Shown piece by piece: positions 12,701-23,552 of a stretch of 64,000 nucleotides of DNA (positions within the stretch are counted from its first letter, which is position 1; each line of letters starts with the position of its first letter). The DNA is taken from contig CM120642.1 of the NCBI GenBank assembly GCA_051362555.1, positions 31,992,001 through 32,056,000 of the forward strand, given 5' to 3'. The translations under genes were made by a program, and so were the position numbers. The stretch comes from Lingula anatina. Lineage: Eukaryota; Animalia; Brachiopoda. The notes under the pieces are model-generated. The model ran no database searches. It was not told the DNA's origin and was given only the letters and a program-made list of their open reading frames with translations.

Positions 12701-13066
12701 CATAGTTAGTATGTTAGGGTCTGGGAATAGCCCCAAGGATACTGTTTGGAAGACTTTGATTTATTATTTTTTATGATTGCATAAATTTTGTTTTACAAAC
12801 TGATCAAAGCAGTCTGTGATCTCTTTGTTGTTAATGCTATTCTCTGTCAAACATTTTTGTGAAGACAAGAAAATATTACATAGTTACTGTGTCAACTTAC
12901 GTACATGGTGTTTGTCAATATTTCAGGCAGTGCTTTGGGATACTTGATTTTTGGAGCCATTCAGCATAAGATCACCACTGCTGATACGCCTGACACTCAC
13001 ATAATAAATAACCAGGATGACCTGCTAGGCACGCACTCACAGACTAGCTATGAGCCTATTGGTTAA
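8373..13066 (+). CDS. SLC31A2: CTR/SLC31 copper transporter, CTR2-like (isoform using exon 3A)
   Basis: Exons 8373-8384 (MMGM), 8951-9017 (YFEFKDSLHNFLIYGWNTSTLS), 10247-10445 (TM1 plus loop), 12421-12536 (AYVVMLAVMSYNAWVF, the MxxxM motif of TM2), 12927-13066 (GSALG GxxxG of TM3, stop TAA). All phases are consistent. The short N-terminus, lack of a C-terminal HCH, dileucine ETTPLL and C-terminal YEPI fit a CTR2-type endolysosomal protein; the CTR1/CTR2 assignment is inference. Confidence 0.9.
9732..9780. repeat. (GA)n microsatellite
   Basis: About 24 perfect AG units in CTR intron 2. Confidence 0.95.
11212..11419 (+). CDS. Alternative duplicated exon 3B of the CTR2-like gene (putative mutually exclusive with 10247-10445)
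   Basis: T-rich tract plus AAG acceptor and GTAAGG donor. 208 nt, phase 1 in and phase 2 out like exon 3A. Open frame FVGTIFIFFFAAMMLEGIMGMLASLRDRSKVLPASVKERLLEPISENSPLIGKSKSLTESGEKLIKQK aligns with 3A FLVIIAVCFALALLIEGGRAL...ETTPLL...QIVKR. Confidence 0.8.
11593..11753. mobile_element. Degenerate foldback element with ~16-bp sub-repeats
   Basis: Left half repeats AGTCCGAAGGTTCTTT/GGTCTGAAGGTTCTTT; right half has the inverted GGACCAATGAACCTTT/GACTATTGAACTTTTGGACTAT. Confidence 0.45.
12560..12735. mobile_element. Partial copy of a palindromic dispersed repeat (same family as 62570-62815)
   Basis: Shares TAATTAATTACC...CAGCTTCAGT...GACAGACATCTAAGC.GCTTAAGTTGAT.GCAATT.AGCGAGAATC...GATCCA...GGGAAT with the VARS2 intron copy. 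Confidence 0.7.
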
Positions 13067-16000
13067 CTCTAACAACATCAAGAAAGAATAAAAAACTGAA
13101 GATGACTGTGATTATTTCTAGGACGTGAAAATTGCTTGAGGACAAGATGGACATTTTAGTTGTTCATGGGGATTGTGAGGATATTTTAATTATGTTTGGA
13201 TGGCAATCATGCTCTGTAATATTTATTATAAAGAACATAAACACATACAATTATATGCATGCCCACACCAACTTGACATTTAGTGCTATTGCAAGGTCAC
13301 AAGCAGTAAAAAATAATGACTTAGATATGAAATAAATAAAGAGGGAAAGAGAATAGAATAGAAGCAAGAGTACACATCAGCAAAATATTGTAAATATTTT
13401 TATACAGTGCAATAATGGTTTTTTGTACTCTGGGTAAATATGCAGGGTTGTTTGTGAAGAATGTGACAAAAAAGTAAACGTAAGGGCAAACAATGTTAAG
13501 CTAAATCAAGGAATTGATGAAGTTAATTAAAATTCAGTAGTCTGTGTATACTACAAGGACAGTAGCAAACAAGACTGGGGCTTTCATTTGGTATATTAAT
13601 CAGGAATATTTTAGTGTGCTCATGTATTTAATAAATATCAGAAAGTAATTGGCTCAACTCCAATGTTAAGAGATAATTGACATGATATTGGTCTCTTAGT
13701 TATATGTTTTTAAGCATATAACAAAGAGAATATCATAGCATTGCAAGAATATCATAGCATTGCAAATCAGGAGTTATAGGAAGAAATGATAACTTATACC
13801 ATTAATCACTGATTATTGGCTTTAACTTATTGACATAGTGATATAATGCTTTTAATACATGTGCCTGGCAGTCTTTCTTTACTTGGGTAATTTTTAAAAT
13901 ATTTTCATGTCTTAAAATATATAATCAAATAAATTTTTTGCAAACAAAGCGTGTGCAGCTAATTGTTTTAGTCATATAAATATAACTAAAAGGCAACAAG
14001 TCGGCTTTCACATTAATTTTTTTGCATGTGTATTAGATAATTTTAATAGGAAGTAGTTTCATTTGCTGGTCATTGATATAGGCTTTTTCGGTATCGTACT
14101 AGGTAAATATGAGATCTTTAATCATACATTTCACTTAATGTTTGTTCCTGTACCTGAAACTTTTAATGTAAGTCTTTCAGTTGCACTTCTTTTCTGTGAA
14201 ATTTGGAGATAATAGCATGATTTATCTAGAAATCCTTATTCACCCCCACACAAGTTGTGCACTTTTGGTGTTTGAAAATTGGTATCACATTTTAAAGGTC
14301 CACTTACATCTCTGAAAATTGCACTGAACTACCTTTAAGGTGACATGCCTTAGACAGCTTAAAACCAAAAAATTAATAAAATTTCTATTTAAAGTCATGC
14401 TGCCATGTCAACTCTCAGATAAGGGATATCAATTCCATGTAAGCAGCACGCAGCTTTAATCCAGACATAAGCCCCCCTTTTTAAAAAAATCTCTGAACAT
14501 TTAATTTGAGACCAAATGCTTAATGTACTGAGGAACTAAATCGGGGTTTGCCCCACGGCACATCAGAATTGAATCCGAAATTCTAGGATTCCACAAAAAA
14601 AATCTGTGCATGCTATATAAGTGATAGAATCCCAGTAAAAAAATCTATAAGGAGTGTAATGCAACTCCATCTGTATATACAAAACAAGTCGGTTTCTTAA
14701 GCTTTTTATTACACACTGACAAGATTCATACAAAAGATAATTTATAAGCTTTAATACAAGTTGTGATATAAGGCAACTATTACACCATTATCATGTAGTG
14801 CACCTTAAACAGTGTACTTATTGATCATGTTACTATGTACAATATATTCTACACATTATCAATGGCACTGTACATACAACTGGAGCTGCTAGAAAGTAGG
14901 ACAAACTAATAAAGAATAACTTTACAACATAAACAAGGCAGCAAAGCTGTCAAATGGACAGATATGCAAATGACAAAAGTGATACTGGTGGCATTAAAAC
15001 GGTCCAAAAATGAACCAATTTAGCAAAGAAACTGCAGTTACTGTAGTTTTTGACCAATTTTAATGCAAAATTACATGATGCTAATAGTACAAACACTATC
15101 AATTTTTAATTGTACGTTAAAGATGTTGTGGACATTCAGAAAATGAAAACTTCAATATTAGTTTTTACTTTATGGTGTTTATGGACAAAATAAGCCAATA
15201 AAACTTGCAGTGATGACAGAAACAAGTGAAGGCAATGTCCAGATATATAGCATATGTCCATCAAATTGGAAAAGATTCTAACATTGCGGTTACATAAATT
15301 GATTCAATTTATCAATTTACAAAAATTAATAAATAAAATATTGAAGGCATTAAGTCTGTTACATACAATTAATCGAAAATGTTTTTATTAAGACCTGCAT
15401 AAAGATAAAGATTAGATGCATCAGATTAAGAGTGAAATGACAAATATCAATTAATCTGTCAAATGTCAATGATACTTAATGATACAAAGGTGAAATACCT
15501 TGAAATCTTAAACATCCACTATTACCAATCTGGAAAATTACCTACCAAATATCATCTGGGCAACTCATAATCATTCCTTTACACATTATGAGTTGCTTTG
15601 GAGGCAAGACAATAAAATGCTTTCACGGATGTTGCTGTTCAGATAATTCAAAGTTTTACAGATTCTCAGATTTCCAGTAAATTCTTATCAAACCCAATTT
15701 CCATCCCTGGGTTTATGTGGGGGACCTATGAACATGACCTTGTATGTACCTTTCAATATTAAAAATGCTTTAATCTTATGCATCATACAGATCTAGATGC
15801 ATTAAATATGTTTAGTGCCAGACTAACACGAGAATTACTTTCAATAAAACTTATGTGTAAATTCACTGTCATTCTAGCAAAAATCTTCAGGATGCAATTT
15901 CATAGAGGACTAAATTATAAATTATTTCAGTCACGAAAGTGAATGGGTACTTCTCTGCTATTTCCATTGCCTAGCAGACTGCACAATCTGAGATTCACTG

Positions 16001-16504
16001 GACTCTGACGTTACCATTTCAAGCCACGTAGACAACACCATTCAAATGTTTCTAAGGAATTTGCTCCAAAGAAAAATTTAGAAACATACATAAAAACACT
16101 TAAGATTCCTTTTTAAAATAATTTCCACAATCATGTATTTACAGAAAAGGTGAATTTGGTCCCCATATTAAAGCAAATGAATTAAAACAAAGAATAAATA
16201 AGATGTGAAATGTCCTCTGTTCGAGTAATATTCAAAGATGTGTCATAACAATGGTTATTTGAGGGTCATTTTTAGCCATGTTCACAATAGACTAAGGAAG
16301 ACATGGTTGAAGTCCAGATAACCAGCTAAACATTCTTAATTAACTCTAATTTTAGCGTTGAATCAATGGAAAAAGAATATTAATGGTGAAATTTAAGTCA
16401 ACATCTTTTAAAATAAATCAATATTCAACCAATGGTTTAATATTACTATACATATACCAGTTTGGATCCAGCCGAACAATGGTCTGGCATCAAGAATGGC
16501 CATT

Positions 16505-18048
16505 TTAGAGTTGAGAAGCTGCTGAGAGGATGCTATCTCCTTTGATAAGTTCTGTTAGCAGACTGAATGTTGGGATTGTTCCTGCCATGTGCTTCCTGAC
16601 CAGTTGTTCTTTGGCTATGACTGCAGTCTGCGTGAGCTCTCCAATGCGCAGAAGAAGTTCGCCAAATTTCGTTGGCATTTCTGGGAAGTGTGTAGAGGTG
16701 TAAGTGAGGAGAGCCTCGTTGATGTGGTCTTGATATTCACGGATGCTGGTTGGATTCTTCAAACCATCAATATCTGAAACAAAGTAAAGTTTAAAACATT
16801 TATTAATACTATAATAATAAATACTGTAACATATATAAAAAATTCCTTTTGATACGACATTGCGAACCAGCAAAATGTATGGCTGCTAAAAATAATGAAC
16901 CTTGTATTCATTCTGAACTACGTCTATTTTAACTATAGCATTTTGTTGCAAACAACAGTTGAAAACAGAGCATTTTCTATTTACATGTTAATTATTATAA
17001 AAAGTTTCTGTGAAGAGTATTAAGTAAAACTTGTTTTCCTCACTATCTACTATTTAAGAACTTTTGATAGCGGCATAAACTAAACACAAATATCGATGTA
17101 ATATATAGCAGTTTATTTAAGTGCATTTGAGAACCTAACAAAGGAAGAACTGGACAATGGTGACCAACTATTGCTGAAAACATACCAACTAAAAAGATGC
17201 ACTCCACCTACCGGGAGATATTAACACTAGCACCTTGAAGCAGGCATACTCATGCTTATCCACTTTTAACCTGCGCAGGTGCTGAGTTAAGTTCAAAAGA
17301 CGTGTAAACGTCTCCTCTACTTCAATGGCCCGCGCCATCTCTAGGGTCATCAGCTTGCCGTTGGACAACAGAAGCTGGTTCTGGACGCCAATGGACCGCC
17401 AGCAGCAGCCCACCAGGAGCAGCTCCGACCATGCATTCTGTAGCATCAAGATCTGATCATCGGTCTGAAAACACAAACTTGGAGATTATTTTTCTATATT
17501 TTTCAAGTGCTACCCCGAGACATGATTTTGATATAGGAAAAAATGGCTTCTTAACCTTATGGGAGGCCACATATCATATGGAAGAAAAAAATGGATTTCT
17601 GTTGAAAAAAAAAAAAAAAAATTGATGAAAAAAAGTTGAAAAAGCGTGCTGAATGCACAAGTGCTTTTAAAAAAGCATCTTATGACATGTAAGCAAGGAA
17701 CCGTTTGATTTTTCCTTTTAGATGATGTGCAAATCAAGAAAATTCTTTAGAATGTAAATCTTGACTTTTTTTACCTAATAAAGTCAAGATATTTCATCAG
17801 TGAATTCAATACAGTTCACTATTATAATCAAGATATTTCATCAGTGAATTCAATACAGTTCACTATTATAATCAAGATATTTCATCAGTGAATTCAATAC
17901 AGTTCACTATTATAATCAAGATATTTCATCAGTGAATTCAATACAGTTCACTATTATACAGGTAACTTTGTGAACATAAATACTGGTCAATGACCATAAA
18001 CAAATAAACTTGTCAAAAACTATTCCACAAGATTACTTACATATATAC

Positions 18049-18090
<42 letters not shown>

Positions 18091-20694
18091 CTCATATAAC
18101 TCCAAGGAATATATTATACCTCTATTCCAGCAAAATCGGGGAGATTCCTTGCCCATCGCACTATTTTATACAACCTGTGGTCAGCTAGGTGAAGTAGAGA
18201 GTTGTACTGGTCTCTGTCTGAGGCCGTCATCCTATCCTGACAACACGCGGCCACAGGTTCCTCGTCAGACAGTAGGGACTCCACATTCATGATCTCAGTC
18301 ACTATGGAGGGGAGCACGGGGACCACAGCACTGGGAGACTTGAGAGTGGAGCCCAAGGGACGATTTAAGATGGCCACCAAGCTCGGGTTGGCACTGGCTG
18401 TTTGTGCATTGGGGGGCGTCCGTAAAGGCGTCAGTTGAAGATTTGACGGTGATGAAGTGAGACTTCCGGGTGAACTGTACGAGCTTCTGCCTCCTCTGGT
18501 ACGATCTACTCGTATGGCTGGGGATGGAAAATAAAGTTATCAGATTAATCATGACGTAAAAAAACAAAGTGTCTCTTTACGTTTCAAAGCAAGAAACTGC
18601 AAAGAAAACCTGATCAACTTATTGACTAGTTATCATCGCAATTAACTAGTTATAACTGAAACTTTATACTTTATTGACATAACCATGGGTTCCTTTAATA
18701 TCTGCAGTGACAGAGCTATCAAAATGTCCTGCAATCCAAATGCCTTAATGAGAAAATGTTTCATAAAATTAAGCCCAGAGGTAGATCTATGCTATTTCAT
18801 TTCAAACCTGTGAAATTGGTTACCAAGGTCATGCTATGGAACCTACATAACTGCATTATAAAGCCCACTGCCATTTAGCTGCAGTGTAATTTTATCATAA
18901 CAGATTTTGATCAGCTACCAGCACAATACACATATTTACCCTCATTTTACTTTCCCACATATCATGTATACACATATAAGTGTATATTAACTGTTATTGT
19001 TGTTCACACACACAGTTTTCCTGAGGCAGATGTCAATTTTATAAAATTCTTGGATATATCCAAACATCTTGATACAAATCTTTAAGATTTGTAGTTATTT
19101 AGATGATCTGATTTTTTTTATTTAAAATAAATTTTTCCTTTTTTTACTACAGATTAAGTTACGAATTAAAAAAAAATATCCACACATTTTTTCCATTTAA
19201 AATTTTTTTACAAATTTCAAAGCACGTAACATTTTAACCTTTATTTATGAATCAATTATCTTCATCTAATCTTTCAGACAACTACTGAAATATTGAAATT
19301 CCTCTCCATACCTTCCAGCCTCATGCCGCCCTCCAGACATTTCTTAAACCTGCAAGACGGACACTTTTTTCTGTTCATCACATTGACATCGCAGTCCCCA
19401 TTCCGATGACAAGAAAAATCCTTCTTGTTCTGCACCGTCCTCTTGAAGAAACCTTTGCAACTTTCACATGTATAAATACCGTAGTGGAACCCTAGAACAA
19501 CAAGAGGTATTGCAATCAAATAAGTTGATGGTACACACTTTACTTCTGTATAACAGCAACTGTCTAACAAACATGGCATATATCATCATAAAGGCTTAAA
19601 TTTTCTGTCAAAGTAGTAAACAGTAGTAAAAGTACATGTGTAGCAGTATTTGCATAAACTAGTTCCATCTGATTCCTTCTTTAAGAGAAAATATTGTAGA
19701 AATGTGCAGTTAATTTGTAGAACCCAATGTAGCACAGCAAACAATGACAAGAAAACAATCTTTTTCCCATAGGTCCACTCTACACACCTGAAACTCTGTC
19801 CCCGCAAATAGGACATGGTCCTTTGTCTGCATATTTCTCTAACATAGCTGCCATTGTGGATTGCTGCGGGGACTGAGCTGTAGCAGGGGATGAACTGTTA
19901 ATGATATGGGAGGCCACGTTGGACAATTCAATGATTCTCATTTTGCTAGGAGTTCCATCCTGGTTAATTGTATACATTGCTCTCTTCCTCGACCCATCTT
20001 CATAACCTGCCATGTCAACTATCGTCTCCGTGGTGGCCACAGGAATGTCACCCCCGGACAGCTGTTGTTCCTCCTGGGAGTTGGCTATCAGTATAATCGG
20101 CGCCTCGGCCTGGTTTTCACTCTCGCCTTGACTCTTGGCATGGTGGTTTGCAATAGCTGCCAGAACTTTACCAACATCAAAATCCCCCTGAACGTTAATA
20201 ATCTGTTGCCTGGCCACCCCTGCCTGGGTGTCGCCACTGTCACCATTAGGTTCCACTCTGATCACCAGTCTCTGTCCACTCTTTTGTTCCAACACAATCC
20301 TGGTCTGATTGTCACCATCTTGCGTCTCGACCACTTGCTCCGCGACCTCATCAACCCCATTGTTCTCATGCCTGTCCATCACGATCACCTCCTCCTGTCC
20401 CTCTGGGCCGTGATCGAGGTACACCACCCGTTCATGGATCCCGTCTTCGTGACCTCCCTCCTCTACTATTTGCTCCTGAACTCCGCCTTCGACTCCCACC
20501 TCGTGGCTGGCTGTCTCCAGGAGGTCTGAGGAAGCTACCATGTATCCGCCCCCTGGGTCTGAGGACAGGTTGCCTGCTGCTGTTGTTATGACGGTATCTG
20601 TGTGGTTTATGTGGTGGTTTGTAGATGTGGCTAGCTTTTCTGTCACTGCCTGTAGCAACACAGGAGATATGCCAACATCTGTGTCTTCACTCAT
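16505..20694 (-). CDS. Hr39: Nuclear hormone receptor HR39 / FTZ-F1 beta (NR5B1)
   Basis: Exons 19788-20694, 19312-19491, 18120-18517, 17212-17464, 16505-16773, all phase-consistent. C4 zinc fingers [33 protein letters not shown] with the NR5 P-box ESCKG. The FTZ-F1 box [14 protein letters not shown] is HR39-type (NR5A has DRMRGGRNKF). The LBD has [16 protein letters not shown] and AF-2 [11 protein letters not shown] probable 5' UTR exon ends at 21534. Confidence 0.93.
17784..17958. repeat. 44-bp minisatellite, 4 copies, in an HR39 intron
   Basis: Unit TCAAGATATTTCATCAGTGAATTCAATACAGTTCACTATTATAA starts at 17784, 17828, 17872 and 17916; copies are essentially identical with no spacers. Confidence 0.95.
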
Positions 20695-22027
20695 ACTGAA
20701 AATCTGTAAATAGAAACAATTGAAGTGAAGTATGCAGTTAATTGAAAAGGGTATTTGTATTTTATATTATGTATACCTTGGCAATCACACTTTAACCCAG
20801 TCTCTCTACAAAACCACCCATTTAGTTCACAAACCAAAACAATGGTATATTTTAATTAATAAAATTAAACAAATGTTGCTGAAGCACAAGGAAATTTAAC
20901 AAATTACTGCAAAAATCACATTTTCGATGACACAATCACCATCCTCACTTGACAGGGATTTAATTTAATTTTTTTTTTTTCAGGAAACTTCAAACAGCAG
21001 AATGATCGAGTTACACATAATTATAAACTGCTCCCCTTTTTTAAATTTTAAATCATAAGATGTACTCTTTTCGGGCCAAGTAATAATCAATATATCCAAT
21101 AAAATTGATTAAATAGCATGCCGTTAATGATTAAAGAGTTAAAGAAACTTAGAGATAAAATCTGCTGTCAAACTGTAAACACGAACTGCACTATCCTGTC
21201 AACCCTAAATAGGTCAAGGACAGCCATCTTGAAAACGTAGAATTTTAGGCGGTAAACCAAATCTCCGACTTCATCCCAAACCTTGTTTTCCCCCATTCGT
21301 GCCCAAAATGTATAAATCTTCATTCCATATTTAAGTCAACAAGATCCAATCAGACGTTTAATTGTACTGAAAACTTTTTAGATTTCTGTCTGCAAAACGG
21401 CGACTATGTCAAGGTCACCATAAGGCACGCTGTACTCTTTTTCAAACGAAATGTATGATTTGAAACTGTTCTGTGAATCAGTAAGCATAATGTCGACTTA
21501 ATATTTCTACGCTGGTAATAGACAGCAACTTACTTTTGATCTATGCTGATCAGCTATCTATAAATCTACAGATGTTGTAGCGGGCAAAATGCTGTTGACA
21601 ACTCGACGTCCATGACCTTGTTGAAACACAAAGAACCACCATAATGCCCGAAAGGATACAATACTAAAGGAAAGATAAAATTACACATAATTTGCATTTT
21701 AAAAAGCAAAAAATCGTTTGCTCTTCTTACAATATGAACTATTTACCTTGTTAGCAGTTAATGCAAACCCTTACAAATATTTATCTGCATTTATTTTATA
21801 TATCAAACTTCAGTTCTCCTTACTAGCTCTTTACAAGTCGCAGTAAAAGCTTGACCTTAACATAAGAGAAATAAGTGAACAATAATAAAAACGTATACAT
21901 TACACCCTGGTATCATATTTAAATAAGTAATGTATAAGTCAATGATATTTTCAGTTAATTCCATTTATTCATTTATTTTCTGAAAAAATAAAACTGCGGA
22001 CTGAAATGACTCACTTCCGGTGTAAAC

Positions 22028-22403
22028 ATGAAAGTGAAGTGGAAAAGCTTGCATGGGTGTCTTTGGCTCGTTATCCAAATTGCCTTTTCTCAGGAACTAA
22101 CGTGTACCAGTACAGACAGCTGCTCATGTACACTATCTGATGGACATGGTAAAATTGACTTAAAGAAATTGAAAGAAACTGTTTCAAACAGGGTTAAGTT
22201 GCCGGTGTTTTGGTTCAGTCCATGTCATTCAATCTCTGTTGTTAACTCAAGTGGTAATTGTAGTAATGTCAATCTTTGTATGCAAGATAAAAATGAGCAT
22301 TACCGCTGTCTTGGAGCCAGCAAGCCAGAATTTCATGTCGAGGAGAGAAATGGAGTAAGATCATTATTCCTGAAGTATGTCACAAATAATGGTAAGTCAC
22401 ACA

Positions 22404-22438
<35 letters not shown>

Positions 22439-23105
22439 AAAACGGTTAAACCAGTTCTGTTTCATCTTGAAATATTTAATTAATATCAAAAATTACTGTA
22501 ATTCATGCTCTACACTGAGTCATGAATTACAGTAATTTTTAATATTAATTAAATATTTCAAGATGAAACAGAACTGGTTTAACCGTTTTTTTTTTCAAAT
22601 GCTGCCACCTTCAACTTCAATACTTGTACTGACTTCTGCATTTCAAAACTGTACGTTGATGTTTGACAGGTGGCAAATTTCTTTAGGAAGTAGTGAATTA
22701 GATAATCTTGCGACATTATTTCATGGCAAATATCTTTTTAAATTATCAAAAAGATTTCCTTTTCCTGGATGTAAATTCATCAAGAAGTTTTTCATGTACT
22801 AAACATGGTTCAAAATATTTGTTCATTTAATATGGAAATTTATTTCCATCTTAAACATGTTGGCTTCCTACTTTTTCTTTTAGGTGCTCACACATTTAGC
22901 CGAGTGTACCTGCAGTGTTCACCAGATGTGCCTGATGCAATATTAACAGGAAACATGGTGAACACATCTTTCTATAATCTCACACTACACTCCCAGCATT
23001 GCTGTCCACTTAAAGCACAAGATACACTCAGCACAGGCAGCATACTCTTGATAGTGTTTTTCACTACTGTGACTTCCTATTTTGTTGTTGGTGAGTAGGT
23101 TTTAT

Positions 23106-23146
<41 letters not shown>

Positions 23147-23552
23147 GGTTTTAAGTGCAATCATTAGTGTAATTTAGTGACTTTATATTTGAAATATTTC
23201 ATTTTAGATGAAATTTTTGAAAGAATTATGTCAAATTTTAGTCTTCAAGTGAAATACATATCCCATCAGTACAATTTGTGAGATGAAATGAAATGTTATA
23301 AACAGACTTGTCAAATATTTCTTCTGCTTGAACAATGAACTAAGTTGACATGTATTATAACAATCATAATCTTCCCCTTCGTTCCCAGGTGTGTTATACA
23401 ATAAGACGGTGTATGCGGCCAGTGGAACGGCACTTATCCCTCACTACCAATTCTGGTCTGATTTGCCAGGACTTATAAAGGATGGGTATCTCTTTTTTAT
23501 CAGCCCATGCCTTGGGGACAGTGTGGAATACAAGTATTATCAGAGACTTTAG
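22028..23552 (+). CDS. Single-MRH-domain type I membrane protein (cation-dependent mannose-6-phosphate receptor / ATG27-like), 244 aa
   Basis: Exons 22028-22391, 22884-23090, 23389-23552. Signal peptide; Cys pattern CSC...GKIDL...FSPC...C...NLC...RVYLQC...YNLTLHSQHCCP; TM LSTGSILLIVFFTTVTSYFVVGVLY; family cytosolic motif G..LIPHYQFWSDLPGLIKDG; C-terminal YQRL (YxxPhi). An ETS site ACTTCCGGT lies at 22013-22021. Confidence 0.85.
22433..22595. repeat. Near-perfect ~160-bp palindrome (foldback) in intron 1 of the MRH gene
   Basis: A10-CGGTTAAACCAGTTCTGTTTCATCTTGAAATATTTAATTAATATCAAAAATTACTGTAATTCATGCTC, loop TACACT, then the inverted arm ending ...TTTAACCG-T10, with one mismatch and one bulge. 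Confidence 0.9.
23108..23143. repeat. (GT)n microsatellite
   Basis: About 18 GT units just after the exon 2 donor. Confidence 0.95.

Noticed and set aside
13067-16504. Possible hidden gene between the CTR and HR39 stop codons
   Set aside because: AT-rich with no credible ORF or exon chain; polyadenylation signals on both strands fit two convergent 3' UTRs.
17784-17958. 44-bp direct repeats resembling a CRISPR array
   Set aside because: Units are head to tail with no unique spacers, no cas genes are present, and the repeat sits in a eukaryotic intron; it is a minisatellite.
19906-20529. 207-aa plus-strand ORF
   Set aside because: Antisense to the HR39 A/B-domain exon.
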